Shown: positions 31,498 to 42,427, counted from the stretch's first letter. The stretch: 64,000 nucleotides of DNA from Chlamydiales bacterium (GCA_965206695.1 CBDBKM010000010.1:160001-224000), one strand, 5' to 3'. Notes: a model not told the origin generated them from the letters alone. Program-made: numbers and translations.

Positions 31498-32742
31498 ATG
31501 ACTGAAATAAGGCCCGTATCTTATTCTTTAAATATGGAACCATTACATTCAATAATGGTGAATAAAACGCCTACAAATATTCAATCGAATGAAGATTACA
31601 ATGCTTTTGATTCAAAACCCTATCTATCTGATCCGAAACCTGCTTTCAATGAACCGGCAACACATGTTTTTTCTTCTGATCATTTCGAAATTGACCGTTT
31701 AATGAGTTCAAAATATATCGCCCATTTATTTGGAGATAGTTTTATTGAAGGCTCTAATCTAGAGGGCTGGTATACTGAAGATGCTCTTATGCATATGATT
31801 CTTGTATTGAAAGAGAATAATGAAGTAGGGAAATTTGATGATTTTATTCAAAAGTTAGAAGATGCTTTAGCTCTGCAAGGTGAAATTTCGCAAATTCGAA
31901 TTAGGTGGGATTGTGAATCGAGGCAAGCTGTAGAAGTTAAAGAATTATCAGAACAGATCATTAAAAAAGTACAAGCATTAGAGGCAGGGCAAAGTGTACT
32001 TATTCCCGGTGGATCACTTAGACATGTGGTTTTGTATGAAATTAAGCGTGAACCCGGTGGTTCATTTCAATTCTCAGTCTATAATACAGGTGCAGGGGTA
32101 GAGAGGCATTGGTTATTACCGGAACGAGAAAATCAAATAATAAGGGTTCAAGGGGTATATAAGATTCATTCTATTTCCAAAGAACGGATGTGTTTTCCTT
32201 TATTTCTAGAAAAGCTTTTGAAATTTGAAGTTATGGATAATGTTTATTGGATGGAATTTTCGGAAGAACTTTATGATGAATTATTACCTCAACTTGATGG
32301 AGTACGAGAAAGACTACCGAGCGATCCTAACCAGTTTATGACGCCTCAGCGATCCGGTACTTGTACATGGAAAGCCATTTGTGCTTACTTGCGTTATAAT
32401 ATGCCCTCTTTATCTGATTATAAACAACTGTTACTGAGAGCCAGATCTCAGGTTTTTAATAAGCTTTATTCTATCAATTATGCTATAGATTATAAAAAAG
32501 TGTTAGAGCAACTCATGTATAAGTTACTGTATTTGCCGAAAGAAGATTATACGCTTTATTATACTAAGGAAGAAATTATTACTATTAGTATCATGAAAAT
32601 GGAAAAGCATTTGAGTCGCTATGATTATTTATTATCAGAAAAGGAAAGGGATAGAATCTACGATATTCTTTTAGAGCTAAGAGGAGATTTATGCCCCACA
32701 TGCGGTTTTAATGAAGATAAGATACCACTAATAGCGGTCTAG
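31498..32742 (+). CDS. Hypothetical protein with putative cysteine-protease triad (candidate effector)
   Basis: 414-aa ORF; GGSLRHVVLYEI, VYNTGAG, PQRSGTCTWK motifs. Confidence 0.7.
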   Translation: MTEIRPVSYSLNMEPLHSIMVNKTPTNIQSNEDYNAFDSKPYLSDPKPAFNEPATHVFSSDHFEIDRLMSSKYIAHLFGDSFIEGSNLEGWYTEDALMHMILVLKENNEVGKFDDFIQKLEDALALQGEISQIRIRWDCESRQAVEVKELSEQIIKKVQALEAGQSVLIPGGSLRHVVLYEIKREPGGSFQFSVYNTGAGVERHWLLPERENQIIRVQGVYKIHSISKERMCFPLFLEKLLKFEVMDNVYWMEFSEELYDELLPQLDGVRERLPSDPNQFMTPQRSGTCTWKAICAYLRYNMPSLSDYKQLLLRARSQVFNKLYSINYAIDYKKVLEQLMYKLLYLPKEDYTLYYTKEEIITISIMKMEKHLSRYDYLLSEKERDRIYDILLELRGDLCPTCGFNEDKIPLIAV

Positions 32743-33510
32743 TCTAAATAGGTTTTTGGCATTAAAAGTGCTATGCTCGGCAATTTCTTGTATGGATAAG
32801 TTTTTTTCTTTGGCTATCATGTCTGCTGTTTCCGGTAGATAAGAGGGCTCGTTCGTTTTTCCGCGTTTGCTTTGTGGAGCTAGATAAGGGCTATCCGTCT
32901 CGATTAGTAATTGGTCTAATGGCACCATTTTAGCTACCTGACGCAGCTCTTTGCTTCGCTTAAATGTTACGATCCCACTAAGCGATAAAAACCATCCTCT
33001 TTTAATGACTTCTTCTGCTTCTTTAGTCGTTCCGGTAAAACAGTGGAGGACGCCGGGGGCATGTTTTCCATTTTTTGAATATTCAGCATCTAAGATTTCA
33101 AAAAAGTCATCAAAAGCATCCCGGCAATGAATAATAACGGGTAGTTGATATTCTAGGGCTAGATGTAAATATTTTTTTAAAAATTTTTTTTGCGTCTCTT
33201 TTTTAGAGTGCTCATAGTAATAATCTAACCCTGTCTCGCCAATAGCAATGAGTTGTTCTTTCTTAGCTGCTTGAGCAACATCGGGATAGAGGAGTTCGCC
33301 TTCTTTATCTACATCATGAGGGGTAGTAGACGCTGCATTAAAAATATATGGGTTTTTAGAGGCAAGCTTTATTCCTCTCTCTAGCGTGACCGGATCGGTA
33401 CAAATATTAATAATGGTATTTACATTTGCCTGTTTGGCTCTTTCTAAAAGAGAGTCAATATTGGGCCATAAGGTATCGCCGGAAAGGTGAGCATGAGAGT
33501 CTATGAACAT
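32728..33510 (-). CDS. tatD: TatD family DNase
   Basis: DSHAHL, IGETGLDY, IIHCRDA, HCFTG, ETDSPYLAP. Confidence 0.95.
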   Translation of the reverse strand: MFIDSHAHLSGDTLWPNIDSLLERAKQANVNTIINICTDPVTLERGIKLASKNPYIFNAASTTPHDVDKEGELLYPDVAQAAKKEQLIAIGETGLDYYYEHSKKETQKKFLKKYLHLALEYQLPVIIHCRDAFDDFFEILDAEYSKNGKHAPGVLHCFTGTTKEAEEVIKRGWFLSLSGIVTFKRSKELRQVAKMVPLDQLLIETDSPYLAPQSKRGKTNEPSYLPETADMIAKEKNLSIQEIAEHSTFNAKNLFRLDRY

Positions 33511-33552
33511 TTGTTAATTCCCGTCCAAATTATTGAGTTTTTAAGGCTATAA

Positions 33553-33952
33553 CAGGCGTTTCGTGCGTAAATGTTAACACATAGCCAAAATATTTTTCAT
33601 ATTTAAAGTAATAGCGAGCTTGATAATCTCCCAATCTTGTTGATAAAAAGATATTTTATCTTGCCTCCTTTGCTTAAATTTATGTAACCAAGCATAAATA
33701 GACATAAAAATATGATTTCGTTGCACTTATTCGTTATGAGACTGACTGTGCTTAAGGCCACAAGTTTGTTTCAATTTCCTATGATAAACTTCTATTTTCC
33801 AACGAATCTTCATGATTGTTTCAACGTCACTACGACTAAGCTCTTCAATATTTGGTAACCACATCATATCAATATAAAAGAGAAAAATAATATCCGGATT
33901 TCAAAAATTACTTAAACAAGTATTTTAGCATTTCTCTAACGCGAAACTCCTG
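33553..33952 (-). mobile_element. Internally deleted IS701-like element (~400 bp)
   Basis: IRs CAGGCGTTTCGTGCG / ACGCGAAACTCCTG; residual RWKIEVYHRKLKQTCG...QRNHIF; end region repeated at 41258-41358. Confidence 0.75.
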
Positions 33953-33969
33953 ATAGGTTCTAAGCAGTC

Positions 33970-34720
33970 AATTAAGGGCATAAGCCGGTTTAGATGTTAC
34001 CTTTATAAGCGTCGTATATTTAGAGGCATGATCAATAATAGATACAATCGCTCCTTGGTGATTTTTACCTATGATGGGATCTTATTCGAAATTTCCTATT
34101 CTTATTTTTTTATCGACAAGGCACGGCCTTTCGTCAATATCACTCCTATCGGGAATACATCCTCGAGCGGATTTAAAAGATTCTCGTCTTTTATATTTCC
34201 TGCCTTTGTGCCTTAAACTTTTATATAAACAACCTCCTTATCAGCTTGTTTTTCCAAATATACCGATAGATCCTTATCATGGCTAAATAAGTACACCCTT
34301 CGTTTTTAACCCGCCTGCTATTTGAACAGGACTCCACTGAAACCCTAACCTATTTTTTATGGCCGGACCTATTTCAGAAGTCATTTTTTTCTTTATACTA
34401 CTTGCTTTTAATCGCCTGTTTTCTGATTTAATTTGAGCTGCAATATGAATATATCTACCTTGAAAAGGGTTTCTTTGCAGCTCTCTATAAATAGTAGATG
34501 GATCAACTCTTATTTCATAAGCAATATAATCTACAGAATCTCCTCTTTGTTTTAATGCATATATTCGGCATCTTTGTTCATAAGTTAAATGATAATAGCC
34601 TTTAGGCATAAAAATCCCTCCATAATTATTAGTTTTTTAAAAAATTAACTATAGAGATTTTATCATCATTTGACCATTTTCAAATTTCTCCTATTTGTTG
34701 TATTTCGATGTTGAAAGGGC
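33970..34720 (-). pseudogene. IS30-family transposase pseudogene with left end
   Basis: MPKGYYHLTYEQR...STIYRELQRN...WSPVQIAG (34609-34283), then IGNFE*DPIIGKNHQGAIVSIIDHASK in other frames. Confidence 0.85.
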
Positions 34721-34841
34721 TTTTTTATTTGTTAAAAAAAGACTTTTTCAACACAACCTCTTTACATGGCCTTGACATTTTGTCATTTTTATTTTAATTT
34801 GCATTAATGATCTATCATATTGTTTTAGTTGAGGTTAAGTT

Positions 34842-35579
34842 GTGAACGGAATTTTTATTGCGGCTAATCCCATTACGCAGGCTTATTCACAGTCAGATTT
34901 TTTTGGGCGTATTATTTTTTTGAGTCTTTTTGCTTTGTCATTTTTAAGTTGGGGGGTGTTACTTTATAAAGTTTGGTTAACACGTGTTATATCCCGCTTA
35001 TCAGATCATTTTCATCAACATTTTAATTCAATGCGACATCATCCCTTAGGACTGGAAGTTGGTAATATTAAAATTGTTAAAGGCATTCCACATCCTTTTT
35101 TATCTTTGTTTCAGGTTTTAAAAAAGCAAACACGTGAGCTTTTGAGAAAAAACCGTCTGACAGTTAAAGGGAAGTCTCAGGCCTTTCTTTCGCCATCCGA
35201 TATTGATTATTTAGGGGCTCATTTAAGCAACATGATCTCGGGCCATAGGAAGACATTGGAAAAACATTTATTTGTTCTCTCTACGATTGTTAGCTTAGCT
35301 CCTTTTTTAGGCCTTTTGGGGACTGTTTGGGGAATATTGTTAACTTTTAGTGAGCTACAAGGAAGTGCCGGGCATAGTCATGATATGATTCTTGGTGGAT
35401 TGGCTATGGCGTTAGGTACGACTGTTTTAGGCTTAGTCGTAGCGATACCGGCTCTTATTGCATACAATTATCTTAAACAAGCCATTTCCAATTATATTAC
35501 CAAGATTGAAGATTTTGCTAATGGCATGCTAGGAGCTGTTGAGCTTCAGTATCGCAAAGTTGATGTGAAATATGATTAG
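34842..35579 (+). CDS. tolQ: MotA/TolQ/ExbB proton channel protein
   Basis: APFLGLLGTVWGI, ALGTTVLGLVVAIPALIAYN. Confidence 0.9.
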   Translation: MNGIFIAANPITQAYSQSDFFGRIIFLSLFALSFLSWGVLLYKVWLTRVISRLSDHFHQHFNSMRHHPLGLEVGNIKIVKGIPHPFLSLFQVLKKQTRELLRKNRLTVKGKSQAFLSPSDIDYLGAHLSNMISGHRKTLEKHLFVLSTIVSLAPFLGLLGTVWGILLTFSELQGSAGHSHDMILGGLAMALGTTVLGLVVAIPALIAYNYLKQAISNYITKIEDFANGMLGAVELQYRKVDVKYD

Positions 35580-36003
35580 AAGACGGATTACTAAAAGTAA
35601 TACGCCTCAATTAGAGGACGCTTGGGTTAATCTAACTCCTTTGATTGATGTCGTATTTGTTGTTTTAATTATGTTTATTGTGGTAACTCCCATGCTTGAA
35701 ATAGACCAATTGGAGTTACCCTCCGGCAATCGTACGAATTCGTTTGAAGATATCGCATCTCTTCAAAGTGATACGGATATTAATATTCACGTTCATAAAG
35801 ATAACTCGATTTGGCTAAATAAACGCTTAGTGACTGTGGACCAATTGCCCTTCTTCTTAAAAGAAGCCAATATGCAATATCCAAATAAAACGCCTAAATT
35901 ATTTCAGGATCAATTTGCTTATTTTGGTACCTACCAAGAAGTGAAAAATGCTGTTCAAGAAGCCGGTTTTGACCAAATTGATGTTATCTTGAAACCGATA
36001 TAA
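35572..36003 (+). CDS. tolR: TolR/ExbD protein
   Basis: NLTPLIDVVFVVLIMF. Confidence 0.9.
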   Translation: MIRRRITKSNTPQLEDAWVNLTPLIDVVFVVLIMFIVVTPMLEIDQLELPSGNRTNSFEDIASLQSDTDINIHVHKDNSIWLNKRLVTVDQLPFFLKEANMQYPNKTPKLFQDQFAYFGTYQEVKNAVQEAGFDQIDVILKPI

Positions 36004-36007
36004 GTTT

Positions 36008-36727
36008 ATGTCTATCAGCCGTAATACTGTCATATATTTTATTTTTTTGATTGTTGCATTAGTGCATGGGCAATGTTGTTACGAAATATTTATAAAATCG
36101 AAATCATGGAAAATGCCGACTCATTCGAATAAAAAAGTGTTAGTCAAAACTATTCAATTACAACCTAAAATAATAGCAGCTATTCCTAAGAACGAGTCTA
36201 ATCGGAAGGTGGTTATTAAAAATGAAAAAGAAACCGCTCCGATATCTAAAAAGAAAATAGAGACACAAAAACAAATAAAGAAACATATTCCAAATACCTG
36301 TGTTTCAAATAAAGCAGCTCTTTTGAAACAAGCTAAAGAAAAAGTAGCTTCAATGAAACAAGCGGATGATTCCTCAGTTAAAGGGGCAAAAGAAGGACGG
36401 GTATCTCTTCCTGTTCCAATAGATATGGAGACATCTCAAGAGACAAGTTCTCATGCCGTACAAAATCATATGGCGTATTATAATGATGAATTAAAAAAGC
36501 GTATCCGGTTAGAATTACGCTTGCCAGAACATGGTGATGTAAGAGTAAAATTAATCTTGCGTCGATCAGGGTCTGTTATTGAAGTAGAAATTATCGAATC
36601 GAATAGTGAGAAAAATCGTTATTATGTCGAAAATAATCTTCCACAGATGCGTTTCCCTCCCTTTGGTAAAGAGTTCAAGGGGGATTCTGAGCAGACCTTT
36701 AACCTTTGCTTAAGTAGTCATTCATGA
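36008..36727 (+). CDS. TolA/TonB-like energy transducer
   Basis: N-terminal TM with His, Lys-rich linker, TonB-C-like domain; position between tolR and tolB. Confidence 0.7.
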   Translation: MSISRNTVIYFIFLIVALVHGQCCYEIFIKSKSWKMPTHSNKKVLVKTIQLQPKIIAAIPKNESNRKVVIKNEKETAPISKKKIETQKQIKKHIPNTCVSNKAALLKQAKEKVASMKQADDSSVKGAKEGRVSLPVPIDMETSQETSSHAVQNHMAYYNDELKKRIRLELRLPEHGDVRVKLILRRSGSVIEVEIIESNSEKNRYYVENNLPQMRFPPFGKEFKGDSEQTFNLCLSSHS

Positions 36728-38115
36728 AAAAAAAAATAGTTTTATTATTATTTACTGTTGTTGCCTTTGCTCATATTTTTGCTGATGAAGGCGATTTTTT
36801 TCCCTCCGGTGAGATTCGTATTCATCTGGATACTCAAAGCGCATTAATTCCGATGTATTTAGCCCCATTTATTGCTGATCATTTAGGGGTATCTGAACAA
36901 TATGTTCAAGAATTAGAGGAAGTTCTTCGGTTCGATCTTCAATATAATGGAAGAAGTGAACTGCTTTTGCATAATAAGGAAAGGCAAGCTCCTTTTTTAA
37001 AGAAAAAAATCATTTATGACCGGAGTTATTGGCAAAAAATTGGAGCTTATTATGTTATTTGTTGTCACTTGAAAGGGAATCATCTTCTTTTGGATCTGTA
37101 TTCCGTAGGCAATAATAAATTAAAAACTTCAGATACGATTGCTCTTTCCGGAAAACTAAGTGAGGATCGTAGAGTTATTCATGAGTTAGCTGATAGTATT
37201 CATGCCCATCTATTTAATAAAAAAGGAATAGCAACCACTAAACTTTTATATTCTGTTAAAACGAAAAATCCGGATACCAATTCAGTATATGAATGGATAT
37301 CGGAGATATGGGAATGTGATTATGACGGTAAGAATAAAAGACAGGTCACTTTCGAAAATAATTTTTGTATCACGCCTGTTTACTTGCCCCCAAAGCCGGG
37401 TTATAGTTGTGGCAGTTTCTTTTATGTCTCATATAAAATGGGACAACCCAAAATTTACATGGCTTCATTGAAAGATGGGGACAGTAGACGTTTTAGTTTT
37501 CTAAGAGGTAACCAGTTAATGCCTTATATTTCTTCTTTTAGAGATCAAGTTCTATTTATCAATGATGCTCCCGGTAATCCTGAAATTTTCTTACAACCGT
37601 TTAATCCTGAGATCGGACCTTTAGGAAAACCCAGACAAATTTTTTCGTGTCGACGAGCAACCCAGGCTTCTCCTGTTTTAAGTCCGGATGGCTCTCAAGT
37701 AGCATTTGTTTCAGATAAAGATGGCACTCCTAGAATTTACTCAATAAAAGTACCCGATTTAAAGGATAGTCAGCAAGATATTCAGATAAAGTTATTGACT
37801 AAACAGAATAGAGAAAACACAAGCCCTACTTGGTCACCTGATGGAACAAAGCTAGCTTATAGTTCTCGTTCCAAAGGAGTTAGACAAATATGGATATATG
37901 ACTTTAATGAAGGAAAAGAAAGACAACTAACTGTAGGTTCGGGTAATAAAGAAAACCCTACATGGGCCCCCGATAGTTTACATCTCGTTTTTAATTCTTC
38001 CGAATTGGACTCTTGTGATTTGTATCTAATTAACTTGAATCAGCCCAATGCGATAAAAATAACTGAGGGTTCCGGTAAGCAACGCTTTCCTAGTTGGGAA
38101 CCAATCAAAAGGTAA
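36724..38115 (+). CDS. tolB: Tol-Pal system beta-propeller protein TolB
   Basis: Signal peptide, PD40 repeats (SPDGSQVAF, PTWSPDG, PTWAPD). Confidence 0.93.
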   Translation: MKKKIVLLLFTVVAFAHIFADEGDFFPSGEIRIHLDTQSALIPMYLAPFIADHLGVSEQYVQELEEVLRFDLQYNGRSELLLHNKERQAPFLKKKIIYDRSYWQKIGAYYVICCHLKGNHLLLDLYSVGNNKLKTSDTIALSGKLSEDRRVIHELADSIHAHLFNKKGIATTKLLYSVKTKNPDTNSVYEWISEIWECDYDGKNKRQVTFENNFCITPVYLPPKPGYSCGSFFYVSYKMGQPKIYMASLKDGDSRRFSFLRGNQLMPYISSFRDQVLFINDAPGNPEIFLQPFNPEIGPLGKPRQIFSCRRATQASPVLSPDGSQVAFVSDKDGTPRIYSIKVPDLKDSQQDIQIKLLTKQNRENTSPTWSPDGTKLAYSSRSKGVRQIWIYDFNEGKERQLTVGSGNKENPTWAPDSLHLVFNSSELDSCDLYLINLNQPNAIKITEGSGKQRFPSWEPIKR

Positions 38116-38208
38116 TATTGAAATGCTTCTGGAAAAAAAAGAGGGATTCATGTTTTATAGTTATTTAGTTATTGTATGTGATTTATCTATTAATGACTTG
38201 GGGAACCT

Positions 38209-38910
38209 ATGAAAAAAATATACTCACCTTTTTTAGTGATCATTTCTCTGTTGTCTTTATGTTTGTCTTCCTGTGGTTATCGATCGCCACAAAACATTTG
38301 GGAAGACACGAAAACTGCCGGACGTCACATGGGAAGAGGGTTAAGAGCCTTAGGCGGTAAACAGGGTGATTCTCGCCTACTTCGTCAACTTCACGATTTT
38401 AATGGTCCGGAGGAAGAAGAATTTATTTCTTTGCGCGATGAGAATCAAAAGGCCGGCGTTCATTTCGAAGAAAATGAATCTTTTTCACTTTCTAAAGAAA
38501 ATCCGGGTGAGTTGGGTAGTTTTTTACCAAGTATTGATTTTTTTATGGATCCGGACGGTAGTATTGCCAAAGTTTTTGAGAAAGTTTATTTCGATACGAA
38601 TAAACACACGATATTGGGTAGTGACAATATTAGCAAATTAGATCAAATAGCGAAATTTTTACAAGATCATCCCGATTATTACATATATGTTGCCGGCCAT
38701 TGTGATACTAGAGGCACAGCCAATTACAATATGGCTTTGGGATCAAGAAGAAGTAATATGGTCCGCAATGAGTTAATTAAAAGAGGGGTAAACCTAGACC
38801 GGGTGTTTACTATTTCATATGGTAAAGAAAGACCTATAGCAATGGAGCAAACAACTCATGATTGGGAATTAAATCGTCGCGCTGAATTTAAAATTCACAA
38901 GGTCCGTTAG
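38209..38910 (+). CDS. pal: Peptidoglycan-associated lipoprotein (OmpA-like domain)
   Basis: Lipobox LSSC, GHCDTRG..YNMALG.RR, SYGKERP, NRRAEF. Confidence 0.92.
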   Translation: MKKIYSPFLVIISLLSLCLSSCGYRSPQNIWEDTKTAGRHMGRGLRALGGKQGDSRLLRQLHDFNGPEEEEFISLRDENQKAGVHFEENESFSLSKENPGELGSFLPSIDFFMDPDGSIAKVFEKVYFDTNKHTILGSDNISKLDQIAKFLQDHPDYYIYVAGHCDTRGTANYNMALGSRRSNMVRNELIKRGVNLDRVFTISYGKERPIAMEQTTHDWELNRRAEFKIHKVR

Positions 38911-38913
38911 GAT

Positions 38914-39609
38914 TTGATATTTATGGAGAAAAAAAGGGCATACACAGTTGTTTTAAAACGCATCTTACCAATTTTTTGTTTGTTTGCGATGACGGCTTGT
39001 GCTGTGCCCAAGCATATTAAAGGGCATGAAGCTCAAGTAGAGTTAACATTAAGAGAAATGCGTTCTGAAGTTGAAGATTTTAAATATCAAATTAATAGTT
39101 ATGAAGTAGAGCTTCAAATCCTAGAAGGTAAAGTTAATGGTCAAGAGACTGATTTAGGTGAATTAAGACATCATTTTGTTCGCGTTAATCAGGCGAGTAA
39201 AGATATTATAGAAGGCAAGCTTACAACTTTAGAATATCGTCTGAGCGCTTTAGAAAGAAGTGAAGAAATGGTTATAGCTGACCTTCATAAACTAAAAGAG
39301 CATGCCAATAGTACCGGAGCTTCACTGGCTCAATTTAAAGCAAAGCTTGATGATACTGAACGATTGATTAGCCAGCAAAGCAGAAATCTTGATAACTTAA
39401 AGGATGCTTTGGCCTCCGTTATGAGAGTTTTAGAAGATCAAAGTCATCCGGAAGCTATATTAGGTACCCAACCGGCCTATACAGTTAAGCCGGGTGATTC
39501 TTTAGAGCGTATCGCAAAAGAGCATAATACCTCTGTGGAAAATGTCAAAGCATTGAATCATCTTTCCAGTGATTTGATCGTCGTAGGACAACGACTTCAA
39601 ATTCCTTAA
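38914..39609 (+). CDS. Coiled-coil lipoprotein with C-terminal LysM domain
   Basis: MTAC lipobox, coiled coil, YTVKPGDSLERIA...LIVVGQRLQIP. Confidence 0.88.
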   Translation: MIFMEKKRAYTVVLKRILPIFCLFAMTACAVPKHIKGHEAQVELTLREMRSEVEDFKYQINSYEVELQILEGKVNGQETDLGELRHHFVRVNQASKDIIEGKLTTLEYRLSALERSEEMVIADLHKLKEHANSTGASLAQFKAKLDDTERLISQQSRNLDNLKDALASVMRVLEDQSHPEAILGTQPAYTVKPGDSLERIAKEHNTSVENVKALNHLSSDLIVVGQRLQIP

Positions 39610-39630
39610 TCAATTGTAATTTCTTATCTT

Positions 39631-40452
39631 ATGTCTGAACAACAAACAGTTCATAATAGTATAGCTGTATTTGATTCCGGTGTTGGCGGTTTAACTATCG
39701 TGAAAGAGTTAAAAAGCCAATTGCCATCCGAAAACATTATATATTTTGGCGATACTGCTCATGTGCCATATGGTAATAAAAGTGTTGATGCCATTAGACG
39801 CTATGCTAAGCGATCTATTGAATTTTTATTGAGGCACCCAATAAAACTCTTAATTATAGGTTGTAATACCGTCTCAGCTGTTGCTATGGAATATTTACAC
39901 AATTATTTTTCTATTCCCATATTAGGTGTAATCGCATCAGGAGTCAAAGAAGCGATTGCAGTAAGCGAGAATAAAAGAATAGGTGTTATAGGAACTCATA
40001 CCACAATAGAATCTAAGGTATATCAAAATAGGATATTACAAAAAGTACCCAAAGCTCACATTCAAGCTATTGCATGTCCTTTGTTTGTTCCTCTAATAGA
40101 AGAAAAAATGCTTCCTTTTAAAATTAACAAATTAATAGTGAAGTCTTATTTACTGCCGTTAAAAGATAGTCAAATTGATACGTTAATTTTAGGGTGCACT
40201 CATTACCCGTTACTTCAAAATCTCATTCAAGAAGTTATGGGTGCAGAGGTTCATCTAATCAATTCAGCATCATCACTGGTAAAAGTTGTAAAAGCGTTTT
40301 TAGAAAAACATCATTTAGCAAATCCAAACATATCATTAGGGGAACATCAGTACTTTGTATCAGATGATCCGAAAAGATTTACTTTGTTAGGTAGCCAATT
40401 TATCGGTCACTCATTAGATCAAGTAAGGGGATATGATGATATTTTTAATTAA
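39631..40452 (+). CDS. murI: Glutamate racemase
   Basis: FDSGVGGLT, D.AHVPYG, GCNT, LGCTHYP. Confidence 0.96.
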   Translation: MSEQQTVHNSIAVFDSGVGGLTIVKELKSQLPSENIIYFGDTAHVPYGNKSVDAIRRYAKRSIEFLLRHPIKLLIIGCNTVSAVAMEYLHNYFSIPILGVIASGVKEAIAVSENKRIGVIGTHTTIESKVYQNRILQKVPKAHIQAIACPLFVPLIEEKMLPFKINKLIVKSYLLPLKDSQIDTLILGCTHYPLLQNLIQEVMGAEVHLINSASSLVKVVKAFLEKHHLANPNISLGEHQYFVSDDPKRFTLLGSQFIGHSLDQVRGYDDIFN

Positions 40453-40497
40453 AACCAACTAAGATGCTTAATATAAGTAGTTTAATTATATTGGATA

Positions 40498-41106
40498 TTA
40501 TAATTGTCCCTTTTTAATAGCTTCCCATTGTTCAAAGGTACAAATCTGATTCCGGCTTTCTTTTTCTTCTCTATATCGGAGTATTTCAGAGTCTTCGACC
40601 CAATGTAGGTTTTTCTCTATTTTGACTCTTTCAGGAAAGAGACAGCCATTTAAGTGATCAACTTCATGTTGCATAACTCTTGCTAAGAAGCCGGTAAAAG
40701 TTTCGGTAATTGCCTCACCTTTTTCATTAAAAGCTTCGACCGTGACTGTCAAATAGCGAGGTACTAGACCTACTATATTCTGAATAGAAAAACATCCTTC
40801 TCTTCCCTCTTCTATTTCATCACCATGAGAAATAATGACAGGATTGATGTAACATTTCATAGCATCTATTTCTCTTTCTTCTAAATCGAAACCGGAGGTC
40901 ACTAAGATAATACGTTTATCTATTCCGATTTGAGGGGCAGCAAGGCCTACCATTCCTCTCATAGCCGTATCGGCATTTTCATCAGCTGCGATTTTCAACA
41001 TGGTTTTAATGCAGTCTTGATTGACTTCATTTAAAATATCTTCCGGAAGAATTGCTTGGGCCGGTTTATGAAGAATGGGATTGTGTGTAGGGACATAAAT
41101 ATCCAT
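40498..41106 (-). CDS. def: Peptide deformylase
   Basis: GLAAPQIG, EGCFS, QHEVDHLNG. Confidence 0.94.
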   Translation of the reverse strand: MDIYVPTHNPILHKPAQAILPEDILNEVNQDCIKTMLKIAADENADTAMRGMVGLAAPQIGIDKRIILVTSGFDLEEREIDAMKCYINPVIISHGDEIEEGREGCFSIQNIVGLVPRYLTVTVEAFNEKGEAITETFTGFLARVMQHEVDHLNGCLFPERVKIEKNLHWVEDSEILRYREEKESRNQICTFEQWEAIKKGQL

Positions 41107-41257
41107 CTGAATAGGCTCCTGTTCATTAGCTTATAAATAGGAATTAATTAATAAAGATAAGAAGGTTATAAAACAGATAAGGAAATAATTACGCATTCTT
41201 GAATAGATGATACTTTTCATTGAAAACCTCACTTGGAAATTTCATATTACTTGGCTT

Positions 41258-41358
41258 CAGGAGTTTCGTGCGTAAACGTTAACACATAGCCAACATATTT
41301 GTCATATTTAAAGTAATAGCGGGCTTTATCATTTCCCAATCTTGTTGATAAACAGATA
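41258..41358 (-). repeat. Second copy of the IS701-like end (cf. 33553-33655)
   Basis: CAGGAGTTTCGTGCGTAAACGTTAACACATAGCC... near-identical to 33553 onward. Confidence 0.8.
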
Positions 41359-41377
41359 AACTTAAAGGAGGAAGCCA

Positions 41378-41438
41378 TGAAGCTTGAAATATGCGCCATC
41401 TGTTGTATTTGTGATGACTATTTAAACGAACTAAACAC
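41378..41438 (+). pseudogene. IS982-like transposase N-terminal stub truncated by IS630
   Basis: GGAGG RBS, MKLEICAICCICDDYLNEL resembles the IS982 start MKDLTALYYSIDDF. Confidence 0.4.
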
Positions 41439-41440
41439 TA

Positions 41441-42375
41441 TAGTATTTTAATTTTTATTTGATAATATGTTATCCTTCTTTTTTTATACAAACAGTAAGG
41501 ACAAAACAATGCCTAGAGCCTATTCAGTAGATCTTCGAGAGAAAGTATTACAACATATAGAAAAACATCATGATAAAAAAACAGCCGGCCATATTTTTCA
41601 AGTAGGTATCGCAACAATATATCGATGGATCTTGCAAAAAAAGCAAAAAGGACATTTAAAGCCAATCCGCAGAAAATATGCTTATAAGAAATTAGATGAT
41701 GAGTTGTTATCTAAATATGTAGAAAAACATCCGGATTATTTTTTATCGGAAATTGCTGATTATTTTTCAGTCACTCCGCAAACGATTTTTTATGCCCTTA
41801 AAAGATTAAAAATTACACGAAAAAAAAAACTACTCGCTATAAGGAAAGAGATGAAAAGAAACGGGAAGCTTTTATGAAAGATTTAAAAAATATTCCCTTT
41901 GACAAGAGAATTTATCTCGATGAAACCGGGATTCATCAATTTTTATTTCGTGAGTCCGGAAGAAGCTTACGCGGCAAAAAAGTTTTTGGAGCGGTTTCAG
42001 GAAACCGCTTTATAAGGCAAAATATTATTTCAGCCCTATCTAAAGGGCAGTTTTTATCTCCAATGTGTTTTGAAGGTACTTGTAATACCGGGTTATTCAA
42101 TATTTGGCTTAAGGAAGTTTTGACTCCTCAGCTTAAACCCGGTAGTGTTCTTATTCTTGACAATGCCGGTTTTCACAAGTCAGCGGAAAGCAGGAAAACA
42201 GTAGAATCTGCCGGTTGTAAGCTTATGTTTCTTCCTCCATATTCTCCGGACTTAAATCCTATAGAAAAATATTGGGCTAATATGAAAAATAAAGTTAGAG
42301 AGATATTACGAAAAGTTACGAATTTTAAATTCGCTATTGATCAAGCAATCTTATCAGTGTAAAATTAAATGACTA
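41441..42375 (+). mobile_element. IS630-family element (copy 2), nearly identical to 18990-19923
   Basis: TA duplication, same IRs and ORF pair (41467-41877, 41874-42362) with a few substitutions. Confidence 0.95.
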
Positions 42376-42427
42376 TATTTGTAGAGACATTCTAGTGTTT
42401 TTATTAAGGAATAACCAAGAGGAGTTT

